From the human T2T-CHM13v2.0 reference genome, Homo sapiens, in NCBI RefSeq assembly GCF_009914755.1, contig NC_060945.1: a stretch of 64,000 nt of DNA. One strand, 5' to 3'. This document shows, piece by piece, positions 40,154 to 55,375 of the stretch. Each line of letters opens with the position of its first letter. Position 1 is the first letter of the stretch. A model generated the notes under the pieces. That model ran no database searches. It saw nothing but the letters and a program-made list of their open reading frames with translations, and was not told where the DNA came from. A program made the position numbers and the translations under genes.

Positions 40154-41222
40154 GTGAGCGCTCTGTGTGACGGGTTCTGGACCCGTGGAAGGGCCGAAGC
40201 CGCCTCCTGGGGCTTAAGGAAGGCGAGAGGCTCAGGCCCCGGACAGGGATGGGAGCAGGTGGCAGCCAGCGCTTGTTAAACTTTCAAACTTTTGGTAAAG
40301 TTTAGTAAAATACTTTTGTGAGCAGTTTTGGGTTTAAAGAAAAGTGAGCTCAAGCTTCTGAAAGTAGATGAACACATGGCGTGTGAGGGGCTCCTGGTGG
40401 GTCATGTCACAGTGAACGTTTACAAAGATAAATGTCACCTCACACACCCGATAATAAGACAAGGCGCCTGACGGGACGAGGCGGCAGGGGGGCTCAGGCC
40501 CTCCAGGGCCACGTGACGTCCACAGCACGGCCCCGGCTGGGGGGCAGGCTGTCCCGTGGCTCTGCACCCCGCGTTATAAACACCAAGGTGGGATGAAATG
40601 CATCCTCTCTGCTTAGCACGGGCCTTGCTCACCAGCCTGGCTCCTCAGACACACCTGGGATTGCCCCTTCCAGGACAGGCCAGCCCCTTTCCTGCTTTCC
40701 CAAAATGGTCTGGGTGGCAGGAGTGGCCGCTCTGATCCAGGTGGGTGCGGCCATGCTTGCAGGGCCCCGGGAAGGTTTACCTTCGTGTGGCAAAGGTGAG
40801 GACGGGTAGAAGCCCCATGCCACTGAAACGGCCTGTGACATCCGTGGGAGCCTCCATGGCAGAACACTGCACACTGACACAGCCCTGACTCCTGGAGCCC
40901 TCCCACCTTCCAACACACCCACCTTCCTTCTAGAGCCCTCCCACCTTCCCTCTGGAGCCCTCCCACCTTCCCTCTAGCACTCCCTCCCTCTCGCCACCGG
41001 CCCCCTCCTAGGCCTGGCCAGCCCCTGCAGCACCCCAGACAGTGAATCCCACTCCAGTCCCTTCATCTGGCCAGGGAGAGGCTGCCAGTCTCATAGCAGA
41101 TGCTGAGCTGGTGCCCACTGTGTGCCAGGTGTGCTTGTAGGCACCCGGATGCAGCCCCATCCTAACTTTCAGGGGCTTTGGTCCTGACAGGAGGAGGCAG
41201 GGGATGGCATCCTAGCAAACGC

Positions 41223-41678
41223 GTGCTGGGAGGGCTGGGTGCTGGGCAGGGAGGGCAACCTGCTGTGGACTGGGAGGGCTGGGTGCTGGGCAGGGAGGGC
41301 ACCCTCCTGTGGGCTGGGAGGGCCGGGTGTTGGGGAGGGAGAGGCGGGTGCTGGGCAGGGAGGGCACCCTCCTGTGGGCTGGGAGGGCCGGGTGTTGGGG
41401 AGGGAGAGGTGGGTGCTGGGCAGGGAGGGCAACCTGCTGTGGACTGGGAGGGCCGGGTGCTGGGCAGGGAGGGCACCCTCCTGTGGGCTGGCAGGGCCGG
41501 GTGCTGGGCAGGAAGGGCACCCTACTGTGGACTGGGAGGGCCGGGTGCTGGGCAGGGAGCGTACCCTGGCACAGGCTTGGAGGGGCAGGTGCTGGGCAGG
41601 GAGGGCACCCTCCTGTGGGCTGGGAGGGCCAGGTGCTGGGGCGGGAGAGTCGGGTGCTGGGCAGGGAGGGCACCCTGG
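41223..41678. repeat. G-rich compound minisatellite (~44-66-bp units)
   Basis: GGGTGCTGGGCAGGGAGGGCACCCTCCTGTGGGCTGGGAGGGCC repeated. Confidence 0.9.
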
Positions 41679-41725
41679 CTCAGGCCCAGCCGCAGGTCCT
41701 GGGTGACCCTGCTGCTTTCTTCCAG

Positions 41726-41758
41726 CTGGAGGCCCGGACGCCACTCCCACGAGGGACG
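41726..41758 (+). CDS. COL18A1: COL18A1 exon 38 (33 bp)
   Basis: TCCAG|LEARTPLPRGT|GTAAGG. Confidence 0.96.
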
Positions 41759-42127
41759 GTAAGGAGCCTTTTTTCTGTTGAGACTGGTGGGTGGTCAGGA
41801 CATGAGGGGGTATGTGCTGTCCCCTGTTTGAGGAACAACACGTGGTCCTTTGGAGTCCTGGAGCTGAACATGTGGCTCACCATCAGCCCCTGCTGCAGAA
41901 ACTGGTGCAGGACACCCCACTACCTCTGTCTCAGCGCTGGCCCCCCAGTACCTCCGTCTCAGCTGCTGGCCTCACGAGGGAGCCCCTCTCATCCCTCAAC
42001 TTTCCCAGTTGTGTCTGCCGCTCATTGCCCTCCTCAAGGTCAAAATCCTTGGGGCCAAAATCCACATCTTGTGTCTTTGCCTTCCCTCACCCAAAGTGCC
42101 AGACACAAGAATGGATATCTCTAAGAG

Positions 42128-42708
42128 TGGTGGGTGACTGGGTGGGTGAATCAATGGGGAGGTGGATGGATGGATGGGTGGATGGAGAGGTGGGTGAGTG
42201 GATACGTAGGTAGATGGGGAGGTGGATGGATGAGTAGATGGTGGACAGGTGGGTGAGTGGATGGATGGTGGTCAGGCGGGTGAGTGGACGGGTGGGTGGG
42301 TGGATGGAAAGGTGGGTGAGTGGATAGGTAGGTAGCTGGGGAGATGGATGGATGGTGGACAGGTGGGTGAGTGTATGAATGGGTGGGTGGATAGTGGGTA
42401 AGTGGGTGAGTGGATGGTGGACAGGTGGGTGAGTGGATGGGTAGGTAGATGGGGAGGTGGATGGGTGGTTGCTGGACAGGTGGGTGAGTGGATAGATGGG
42501 CAGATGGATGGTGGACAAGTGGGTGAGTGGATGGGTGGATGGATGGTGGGCAGATGGATGGTGGATAGGTAGATGAGTGGATGAATGGGTGGATGGATGG
42601 TGGGTAAGTGGGTGAGTGGATGGGTGGATGGACAGGTGGGTGAGTGGATGGGTGGGTGGATGGATGGTGGGTAAGTGGGTTAGTGGATGGGTGGGTGGAT
42701 GGATGGGT
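42128..42708. repeat. (GGAT/GGGT)n degenerate tetranucleotide repeat
   Basis: TGGATGGATGG/GTGGGTGAGTGG motifs. Confidence 0.92.
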
Positions 42709-43316
42709 AGAAATATTTTCGTTTTCCTAAGTGTTGCGTCCAGCTGCTGTCGGCCCCTCCTTGAGTAGAGGTCATGATTCCTTAATTGGCTCAGGAGTGA
42801 GGCCTGATGTGGAGCAGTGTCAGGGGCTCCACAGCGGCCTGTCTCCTCACAGGGTTCAGCCCAGTCTGCTCTCACTCATTTGCTGATTCATTCTTTCATT
42901 CAGCCAGTCAATAGTCATGGCCCCTCCTGTGTGCCGGGTGGCCATGGATATTGCCCTGGGTAACACACAGCCTGGCCCTGTGGAGCAGACAGTGGGGACA
43001 GCCATGTGGACAGGGTGCAGGTGGATGGCAATGGCAGCTGGGTCAGGAGGGGCTGAGGGCCGTGGGGAAAGGTGCAGAATCAATAGGGGCATCCGGACTG
43101 GGGTGCAGGCCTGGGGGCTGGGATTTCTAGGGTGGAGGTCACCTCTGAGGGAGACAGAGCAAGGCCCTGGGAGATTAGAAGGTCGAAGGTCGCCGTGTTG
43201 AGGTCAGGGGCCCTGAATTGGAGCCGCGGCAAAGGAGAGGGCAGGTCAGGGCACGTGGTGAGTGATTGCTGCGGCTTCTGAGCACGGCTGGGTCTGTGGG
43301 GCCTGAGCAGAGGTGA

Positions 43317-44048
<732 letters not shown>

Positions 44049-44051
44049 TGA

Positions 44052-44471
<420 letters not shown>

Positions 44472-44747
44472 TGACCTCTGGGGTGAACTCCCAGCGGGGA
44501 GCTCCCCTCTAGGGCCTCTGGAGGCCACCATGTTACAGACACTGGCGCCTAGGCTGGCGACTTCAGGGCAGGCTCCGGGTGGGTCACACCCCTCCAGGCT
44601 CAGGCCAGGCCTCTGCATCCCTGGGCACTGCCACCTCCCCCAGGGCATCCCATGAGGCCCCCCTGTGGCCCCTTGACCCCCCGCTCCCCCGGCAGTGCCC
44701 CTCAGAGGGTCCCATGCTGCTGGACCAAGTGTCCACACAGGTGATAG

Positions 44748-45338
<591 letters not shown>

Positions 45339-46278
45339 TAGGTTCCCAGTGCCGTGTGAGCAGCTCTGAGAGCCCCAGCCAGGGAAGGCGGGCGGGCGGG
45401 CTCCTATCTGCAGTTTCCCCCCGAGTTTTTGGACAAATCTTATACATGCTCATTACTTTAAAATTACAAAATCCAAAAGAGCATTGAGAAAAATGAGAAC
45501 TGCTCTGAGAAGTCATCATTAGCAATGCGTTTGAGAGCCAGGTAGTTGTAAGAAGGCCCCGAAGGTGCCCCCGGCCCTCTGCTCATGGCGGATAGACTCC
45601 ATGTCTCCCGGATGTCACCAAGCCTGTGGTCAGCCATGTAAGCAGCGCAGCGAGTTTATTCACCGAGAATAAACTCCTCAAAGGGCAACACGGAGTCCGA
45701 GCATGTGTGCCCTTAAAATGTTGACAGAAATTTCCAGGGTATCTAGAAGAACGCTTCGTCCCAAATGTCGCTGTGCCCTCCCCACGTGAGCGCCGCGATT
45801 CTTCCAACACTCATGCATTTAGGGGTGTCTCGGGGTGCCACACAGCGTGTCCCCAGCAGTGCCTGGCCATCTGCTGTAACGGAGATGCACCTGCCAAGGG
45901 TCTCTGACAGGAGTGCTGTGGGCAGGGCTGGGCCCCAGGGAAGGCCTGAAAGCCAGGAGCCCGGGAGGCGGAGCTGGTTCCTAGCGAGGCAGCCACAGGA
46001 AGCCTCTGCTCAGCAGGCATGAGGGCCAGGTTCACCCAGCCAGGCCAAGCCCTGGCCCCTCTCCCCTCTGCCGTGGGTGTGTCTGGCAGAAGCAGCATGG
46101 GGGGCAGTCTGGGAGATGCAGCCCCCTCCACAGGCAGCCAGCAGGGAGGCCATGTGGCCCTCCAGGTTGTGGGAGCCTCTGCAGCCCCCTGGTAACCCCA
46201 GGGCTGGCCTCCTGCCTCCACCTTTCCTGCCCGGGGAGCGGCCTCTGCCCTAAGCAGAGCAGGTCTGGGTTTGACTGA

Positions 46279-46509
<231 letters not shown>

Positions 46510-46655
46510 CCACCGCCTGGATGCGGATGGCCGGAGAGGACCGGCGGCTCGGAGGAAGCCCCCACCGTGGGCAGGGAGCGGCCGGCCAGCCCCTGGCCCC
46601 AGGACCTGGCTGCCATACTTTCCTGTATAGTTCACGTTTCATGTAATCCTCAAGA

Positions 46656-46661
46656 AATAAA
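46656..46661 (+). terminator. COL18A1: COL18A1 proximal polyadenylation signal
   Basis: AATAAA with upstream TGTA motifs and downstream GTGTATTTTTTT. Confidence 0.75.
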
Positions 46662-47807
46662 AGGAAGCCAAAGAGTGTATTTTTTTAAAAGTTTAAAACA
46701 GAAGCCTGATGCTGACATTCACCTGCCCCAACTCTCCCCTGACCTGTGAGCCCAGCTGGGTCAGGCAGGGTGCAGTATCATGCCCTGTGCAACCTCTTGG
46801 CCTGATCAGACCACCGCTCGATTTCTCCAGGATTTCCTGCTTTGGGAAGCCGTGCTCGCCCCAGCAGGTGCTGACTTCATCTCCCACCTAGCAGCACCGT
46901 TCTGTGCACAAAACCCAGACCTGTTAGCAGACAGGCCCCGTGAGGCAATGGGAGCTGAGGCCACACTCAGCACAAGGCCATCTGGGCTCCTCCAGGGTGT
47001 GTGCTCGCCCTGCGGTAGATGGGAGGGAGGCTCAGGTCCCTGGGGCTAGGGGGAGCCCCTTCTGCTCAGCTCTGGGCCATTCTCCACAGCAACCCCAGGC
47101 TGAAGCAGGTTCCCAAGCTCAGAGGCGCACTGTGACCCCCAGCTCCGGCCTGTCCTCCAACACCAAGCACAGCAGCCTGGGGCTGGCCTCCCAAATGAGC
47201 CATGAGATGATACATCCAAAGCAGACAGCTCCACCCTGGCCGAGTCCAAGCTGGGAGATTCAAGGGACCCATGAGTTGGGGTCTGGCAGCCTCCCATCCA
47301 GGGCCCCCATCTCATGCCCCTGGCTGGGACGTGGCTCAGCCAGCACTTGTCCAGCTGAGCGCCAGGATGGAACACGGCCACATCAAAGAGGCTGAGGCTG
47401 GCACAGGACATGCGGTAGCCAGCACACAGGGCAGTGAGGGAGGGCTGTCATCTGTGCACTGCCCATGGACAGGCTGGCTCCAGATGCAGGGCAGTCATTG
47501 GCTGTCTCCTAGGAAACCCATATCCTTACCCTCCTTGGGACTGAAGGGGAACCCCGGGGTGCCCACAGGCCGCCCTGCGGGTGAACAAAGCAGCCACGAG
47601 GTGCAACAAGGTCCTCTGTCAGTCACAGCCACCCCTGAGATCCGGCAACATCAACCCGAGTCATTCGTTCTGTGGAGGGACAAGTGGACTCAGGGCAGCG
47701 CCAGGCTGACCACAGCACAGCCAACACGCACCTGCCTCAGGACTGCGACGAAACCGGTGGGGCTGGTTCTGTAATTGTGTGTGATGTGAAGCCAATTCAG
47801 ACAGGCA

Positions 47808-47813
47808 AATAAA
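47808..47813 (+). terminator. COL18A1: COL18A1 distal polyadenylation signal
   Basis: AATAAA with upstream TGTA and downstream TCTTGGTTTG; ~1.3 kb 3' UTR. Confidence 0.8.
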
Positions 47814-48840
47814 AGTGACCTTTTACACTGACTCTTGGTTTGCAAGCAGCCTTCACTGTCACAGGAAGGACACAATTCTCCAAAAGGAGTTCTCAGGAGT
47901 CTTTTATCCCTGGACTGCCCCACTGGCAGATCCCGAGTGTGCACAGGCACGCACGGTTACATGGGGTATGCATGCATGGCCATACACAGGCGTGCAGTTG
48001 TACACAGGTGTGCAGGAGCATCCATAGTGTGCACAGGTACACAGGCATGCACGGGTGTGTGGACACACACCAACACTCTTAGGTCTCTCCTCACAGCAGG
48101 ACCTGACTTGCTCCCAGCAACACTACATCCTGACAGCCATCCCTGTCCTGGTGGACGGGTGAGTGCAGGACTCAGAGGCAGGCAGGCAGTGGGTGCAGTG
48201 AGCAGGCTGCGGAGGGAGCAGGCCCTCAGGTTGGGGAGGCGCTGGGAGGAGGATTCTGATGGCGGTGTGGGCCTCCCCAGTGACGCTCTAGCCCATGGCA
48301 CAGGCCCAGCCCACCTCCACCCATCACATCCTGCTAGATCTACGAGCCCAGGAAATGGCTGGTGCAGACCCCCCCCCCAAGCAGGGTCCCCAGGGTGGCC
48401 ATGACAGAGCCCCTGGATGCACCTGGGACCATGGCCCTGTCTGACTGGCACCATCCACTGACTCGGGCCATCTTCCACGTGCAGCCTCTGCCTCAACCCA
48501 GGGTACCCCAAGATGCCTGCTCCCCTGAGCCACCTCGGGAGACCCCTGGGTCCAGCAGCTCCAGCAGCCCCTCCCCAGCCAGAGATTCTCTCCCCAGCTC
48601 TCCGTGCTGAGCAGCCAGCCATTCACCTGGGGCCGCTGAGATGTGGCAGAGGCCCCACAGGATAGGGCCGTTGACTAGGGTTGTGGGGGTGCTCAGCTCA
48701 TGGGCACCAAGGCCCTGCGTGGGCTGGAGGCGGGAGAAGGCTGGGACGCCTCTCCTGGCCTCCTCACTGACTGCTGACCCTCAACCCCCAGGCCAGGCCG
48801 GCCCTGAATCAGAAGCCCTGCGCACACTCACTTAAGTGTG

Positions 48841-48846
48841 TTTAAT
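48841..48846 (-). terminator. SLC19A1: SLC19A1 polyadenylation signal (ATTAAA)
   Basis: TTTAAT on +; on - strand followed by GT-rich GTGAGTGTGCG; ~0.93 kb after the stop. Confidence 0.7.
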
Positions 48847-49769
48847 GTATGTGGGAAGAGTATTCACATCACATCAGATGGTCCCGCACCTGTGGGCAAG
48901 GCACTAGCGCTCCTTAGACCCTGAGGCCGCTGGGACGTACTTCCCCAGCGCCCACCACAAAGGCAGCCCCCCCAAGGCTGCCCAGCCCAGGCAAGCCTGG
49001 CACATACCAAGGCCAGCACGTCCGCGGTGACCGGGACCAGTCCCCTCCGGGCTGGCACAAGTGTGGGAGCAGCTGAGGACCCGCAGGTCAGGATGGACAC
49101 ACTTCAGAAGGACAGACAGGACCATGGAGGGCTGCCCTTAGGGTGGGAGAGAGGAACCAGCTCCGAGGACCAGAGCCGCTGCTCCCCTCTGATGACAATG
49201 TGTCTGCCGCCAACCTGAGATGGCTTTTCCACAGAGACAGAGAAGCCACATGCAGTTCTTCATTCTACGTCAGTTAAAAAAAAAAAAAGCATCTTTCAAA
49301 AAAGCAAGAGCACCAAGGATGACCAGCAATGTCACAGCTCAGCTACACCTGAGGGTCCCGGCTCCCACCCTGCCCTAGAGGGCTCACAACTCCTGTGGGG
49401 CCAGTGTCCCCTGAGCTGGTATCCAAGAGGCCACTTCACTAGCCCTGGGGGGCAGAAAGGATTTGTCTCAAGCCCCCCAAGGGGCATGAGCCAGTGAGGC
49501 CTGGTGGACGCAGAAGCCCACCACCCACCTCTTCCAGCAACAAAGCCCGCGGGGCACAGTGCAGGGACAGCATGGCCAGGCAGCTGCCCTGAGTGTCGCC
49601 AGCACGCTGTGGCCACCGCCAGAGTGCGGCACAGGGCAGGGGGAATCCTAGGGGGCCTGCTAGCAGGATAAGCGGAGGCCCCCATTGCTAAGGCAGGCGG
49701 CCCTCGAGGCAGGGGTCGTGGGGATGCACTGAGGGCCGCCTGCAAAGTTACCACAGGGGCGCCCGAGAG

Positions 49770-50252
49770 TCACTGGTTCACATTCTGAACACCGTCGCTT
49801 GGAAGACACTGCAAACCCAGCTTGCTGACACCAGGAGGATGGACAGCCAGCTGGGGACAAGTCTCATCTGCAGCCTCAGGGCCTGAGGCTTGGGCGGAGC
49901 ACAGAGTGCAGGGGGAAGGGGTTGTCACTGGGCTCAGGAATTCAGCTGCCTGCGGGGCCGGGGCCTGGGCCAGGTATGGGTCGCTCTGTCTCTGCTCCAG
50001 GGAGGCTGGCCCCACAGCCCCCAGGCTGTCTTCTGGGGAAAGCGGCGGGCTCTGGGCTGGCTGCAGGCCTCCGAGGCCCTTGTCCTGCACGCTCAGTGCC
50101 TGTGCTGCCTTCTCCTCCGCGGCACTCCTCAGGCCCTGGGCCGGGGGCTGCCGCGGGTGGTGGCCCCGCTGGCAGTGCCGCAGGCCATCCAGCATGGCCC
50201 CCAAGAAGTAGATGATGGACAGGATCAGGAAGTACACGGAGTATAACTGGAA
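49770..50252 (-). CDS. SLC19A1: SLC19A1 (reduced folate carrier 1) last coding exon: TM12 and cytoplasmic tail
   Basis: TTTCCAG|FQLYSVYFLILSIIYFLGAMLDGLRHCQRG...SDGVQNVNQ-TGA; 483 bp. Confidence 0.97.
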   Translation of the reverse strand, partial: FQLYSVYFLILSIIYFLGAMLDGLRHCQRGHHPRQPPAQGLRSAAEEKAAQALSVQDKGLGGLQPAQSPPLSPEDSLGAVGPASLEQRQSDPYLAQAPAPQAAEFLSPVTTPSPCTLCSAQASGPEAADETCPQLAVHPPGVSKLGLQCLPSDGVQNVNQ

Positions 50253-53200
50253 CTGGAAAGAGAGGCCGGGTGAGGCGGGTGGGGAGGGCCTGGCTGGGAC
50301 ACTGGCACCCTACACCCCGACGCCTGCTCCCAGGCTCACCCTCCTCCAGCTCAGAGGCTGACCCTGAACACTGCACAGCGGTCAGAGGCCAGCCCCAGGA
50401 GCAGGTGCCACAGTGCTCACCACAGCCCCCCCGACCTCCACCACCTGGCACAGGCCTGAAGGGGGGTTCCCACCATTTCCCAAGAACCCCTCGGAACCTG
50501 GCAGGTGGCCTGCTTCTGCGTGGCCTGCGGTGTCTGCTCCCGAGTCCCCTGCTTGGTGGTGCTTGCTGCCCCCCCATGGTGCTGAGACAGCGGAAGGGTG
50601 CCCATGAGGGCCAGAACGTCCCGCCTGGCAGAGCAGGGTGAGGAGAGCCACAGCAGGTGACCAGGAGCTGATCCCCAGGGCTTCGCGCCCAGAGCAACCC
50701 CCAGCAGCCTGCACATGGAGCCCGTCTCCATCTCGGCAGCGGAAGCTGTGCTACGATGACCAGAAGGAGCAGCACCAGCATTGGCCACATCTCTCCTGAT
50801 TCTCGCAGCTGCCAGGGGCAGGAGGGACTGGAGATGTCCCTGGGACACCAGGGAGGGACCTGATCATTCCCGGAGGTGCAGAGGGTTCAGGAGGCTGCAG
50901 TGCCCTCAGGACATCCGTGGGCAGAGCCCAGTGAGTCCCGCCCAAGACCCCTGAGGCCCCAGCTCCACATCCGCAGGCCAGAATCCCTGCAGCCCATCGG
51001 CACCGGCACCCTTCCAGGACAGCTGTTTTTAAAGCAAACTGAGGAAGATGGGGCTGACACGCTTCTCCCTGCTCTTCTCCTACCCAAGACACTGAGATAA
51101 ACACCTGGGAAGACTCTGAAAGCAGGAGCGAGGAGGACAGACTGACCAGGCCCTCGGGGTCTGGGGAGCTGTGCCACACAAGGGCAGACTGGCCGGGCCC
51201 TCGGGGTCTGGGGAGCTGTGCCACGCAAGGACAGACTGTGCCACGCAGAGCTCCCTGGGGGCTTTTCTTTTCACCTCAGATATTTTGAAACTGAAGAAGG
51301 CAGCAGGCTGGAAAAGACAACAGATGCAGAAAAAAGAGCCCATGGAAGCAGCTCTCTCTGGCCTAAGACCCAGGGAAGGGTCAGCCCAACATGAGGAAAG
51401 ACCTTTCGACAGGAATCGCCCTGCTCCCCGCAAACACCAGACCTCGGCTCCACCCACCATGTCAGCAAGGACCCCCTACCCTCACCAGCCTGTAACAAGG
51501 ACCCCCGAGTCCCCTGCGGGGTGGTGTCAGACAACACCAGTGGGCACTAGAGCTTTCACTCCCACTGGTTGGTAAAGACACCCACCCTCACCCCCAAGGA
51601 GTCAGCAGAGACCACAGGGAAGCCCAAGATGTCACCCCCAAAGCCTCATGGAGTCAGTGGAGACCATGTGGGGAGCCTAGTCACCCCCGAAGCCTCACGG
51701 AGTCAGCAGAGACCATATGGGGAGCCTGGCCTCTTATCCTCACCCAGTAGTAAGAGCGTGCCTGTCCTGTCCCCCTCCATGCTGGGGGGTGTCAGAGGAG
51801 GTCAAGCGGGAGTCCAGACTTTCACCTACCCAGCAATAATGAGAATGTCCCAACCCCAGGGGCATCAAGGGGGCCACGAGGGGAGCTGGACTCCCATCCT
51901 TGCCTGGCAACAAGAAGGAGCCCCCACCCAGCCACCCACCCTCCCTCAGGTGTCACAAAGGCTGAGTGAGAGCCTGGACTTCCACCCCACCTGCCTGTAG
52001 CGAGGTGCACACCCCGCTTGACCTGCAGGAGTTGCGTCAGCCACAACAGGATGCTGAAATTACATCATACCCAAAATGCTTGCATCTCACTAAAAAATCC
52101 CTTGGCACACTAAACCACAAAGATCTCAAACTGAAAAACAATTAATAGACACCAACACTAAGACAACACAGACAGTAGAATTCGCCAAGAAAGATCTTAA
52201 AGCAGCCACCATAAAAATGCTTCAGTGAACAATAACAAACATGCTGGAAACAAATGAAAAAACACAGTCTCAGCAAAGAAATAGGAGAAATAAAAAAAAT
52301 TTAGAACTGAAATGTACAATAATCAGAATTTAAAAACTTAATGAATCATCTCAACAACAAAATAGAAGAGGCAGAGAAATGATCAATGAACTGGAGGTAG
52401 AACAATAGAAATTATCCAACCTGAACAAAAGAAAAAATGGACTGAAAAAAAATGAACAAAGCCTCATTCCTTGTGGGACTATACAACATGATCTAACATT
52501 TGTGACATGGGGGATCTAGAAAAAGAGGAGAAAAGGAGTGGGGTTCAAAAAGCATTTCAGGAAATAATGGTTGAAAACTTCCTAAATTTGGTGAGATGTA
52601 CACTGCAGATTCATGAAGCTGAGCAAACCCCAAATAGAAAACCCAAACAAAATCACACCAACACATACCATATTCAAACTTCTATAAGCTAACGATAAAA
52701 ATAAAGAAAAAATCTTGGAAGTGGCCAGAGAAAAATGACACTTTACGGGCAAGCAATTTGAATAACAGTAATTGCTCATCAAAAATCCTGAAAGCTATGA
52801 GGAAGGGGCACCACATTTCTCACAGGCTAAAAAAAAAGAACACTGTCTACCCAGCATCCTATATCCAGTGAAAACATCCTTTGAGAATAAAAGAGCAATC
52901 AAGACACTCACAGATGAAGAAAAACTAAGAGAAGAAATTTGTAACCAGCAGATCTGTCTAAAATAATGGCAAAAAACAAACAAAAAACAAGTTCTCTAAA
53001 CAGAAAGGAAATTACTAAAGAAGGAATCTTGAAATAACAGGAAAGAGGAAATACCACAGTAGGCAACATTATGGGTAAATAAAACAGACTTTCCTTCTTT
53101 AGTTTCCTAAAATATGTTTGATGATTAATGCAAAAATTACAATATTTTCTTATGTAGCACTAAAGGTATGTAGAGAAAATATTTAAGATAATTGTACTGT

Positions 53201-54677
53201 AAGCGGGAGATGACAGTGACATAAAGGCAACGTTTTTATACTTCACTCAAACTTTATGTATTAATGTAATCCATAAAGCAACCAAAAAAGCTATACTAAG
53301 TACATTCAAAAACACAATAGATAAACCAAACAAAATTCTAAAGGATGTACAAGTAACCCACTGGAAGCTGCAAAAAATGTAAACAGAAACTAAAAACAGA
53401 GAATAAATGAAAAATTAAAAACGAAATGGCAGACTTAGGCCCTAATATACAAATTATCACATTAAATATAAATGGTCTAAATACACCAACTGTAAGACAG
53501 AGATTAGCAAAGTCGATTTAAAAACATGACTCAACTACGTGCTGTCTACAAGAAACTCACTTCAAATATACCAAGATAGGAAGGTTGAAAGTAAAACGAT
53601 GGAAAAAGATGTATCATGTGAACATTAATCAAAGGAAAGCAGGGGTGGCTATATTAACATCAGGTAAAATAAACTTCTGAGCAAAAAAAAAAAAAAAAAA
53701 AAAAAAGACCAGGGACAGCAGAGACAGAGAAGGACATTATATAATCCCACTATTACACAATTGACAAGAGGGTCAGTCCACCAAAACAAATTTCAATCCC
53801 TAACGTGTATGCAACAAACAAAAGAGCTGCCAATATGTGAAGCAAAAACACAACAGAACTGAAAGGAGAAACAGATCCACAATTATACTTAGGAGACTTC
53901 AATACCCCCTCTCAATAATAAAACTAGACAGAAAATCCACAAGAACTGAGAGGAAATCAATACCATCAGCCAACAGGATCTGATCAGCATTTACAGAACA
54001 CTCCACCCAAAAGCAGAATATACATTCTTTCAAAGTGTCCACAGTATATCAAAACAGATAATATTCTGGGTCATAAGACAAATCTTAACAAATTTATAAG
54101 GACTGAAATAATAATGTGTTTTCCAATCACAACAGAATCAAAAAAGAAATTAATAACAGAAAGATAACAGGAAAATCTCAAAACACTTGGAAATTAAACA
54201 ACAAAATTTGAAATAATGATGCATCAAAAAACACACTGAAATGAATGAAAATGAAAACACAGCCTATTAAGATTTGTGGGATGCAACTAAAGCAGTACTG
54301 AGTGGGGAAATTTATAGCATTAGATGCATAAATTAGAAAAGAGGAAAAGTCTCAAATCAATATCTCACCTCAAGAACCTAGAAAAAAGAAGAGCAAAATA
54401 AATCTAAAGCAAGCAGAAAGAAGGAATTAATAAAGTTCCAGCCAGTGCACTAAGTCAAGAAAAAGAAATAAAAGATATACAGATCAGAAAGGAAGAAATA
54501 TTTGCAGATGACATAATTATCTACGTAGAAAATCTCAAGGAATTTAAAAAACAAAGGCCAAAAAATGGAAAAGCCTCCTACAACAAATAAGTAATCTCAG
54601 CAAAATTGCAGTATACAAGATAAACACACAAATATATCAACTACATTTCTATACACTAGCAACGAACATGTATACAC

Positions 54678-55375
<698 letters not shown>

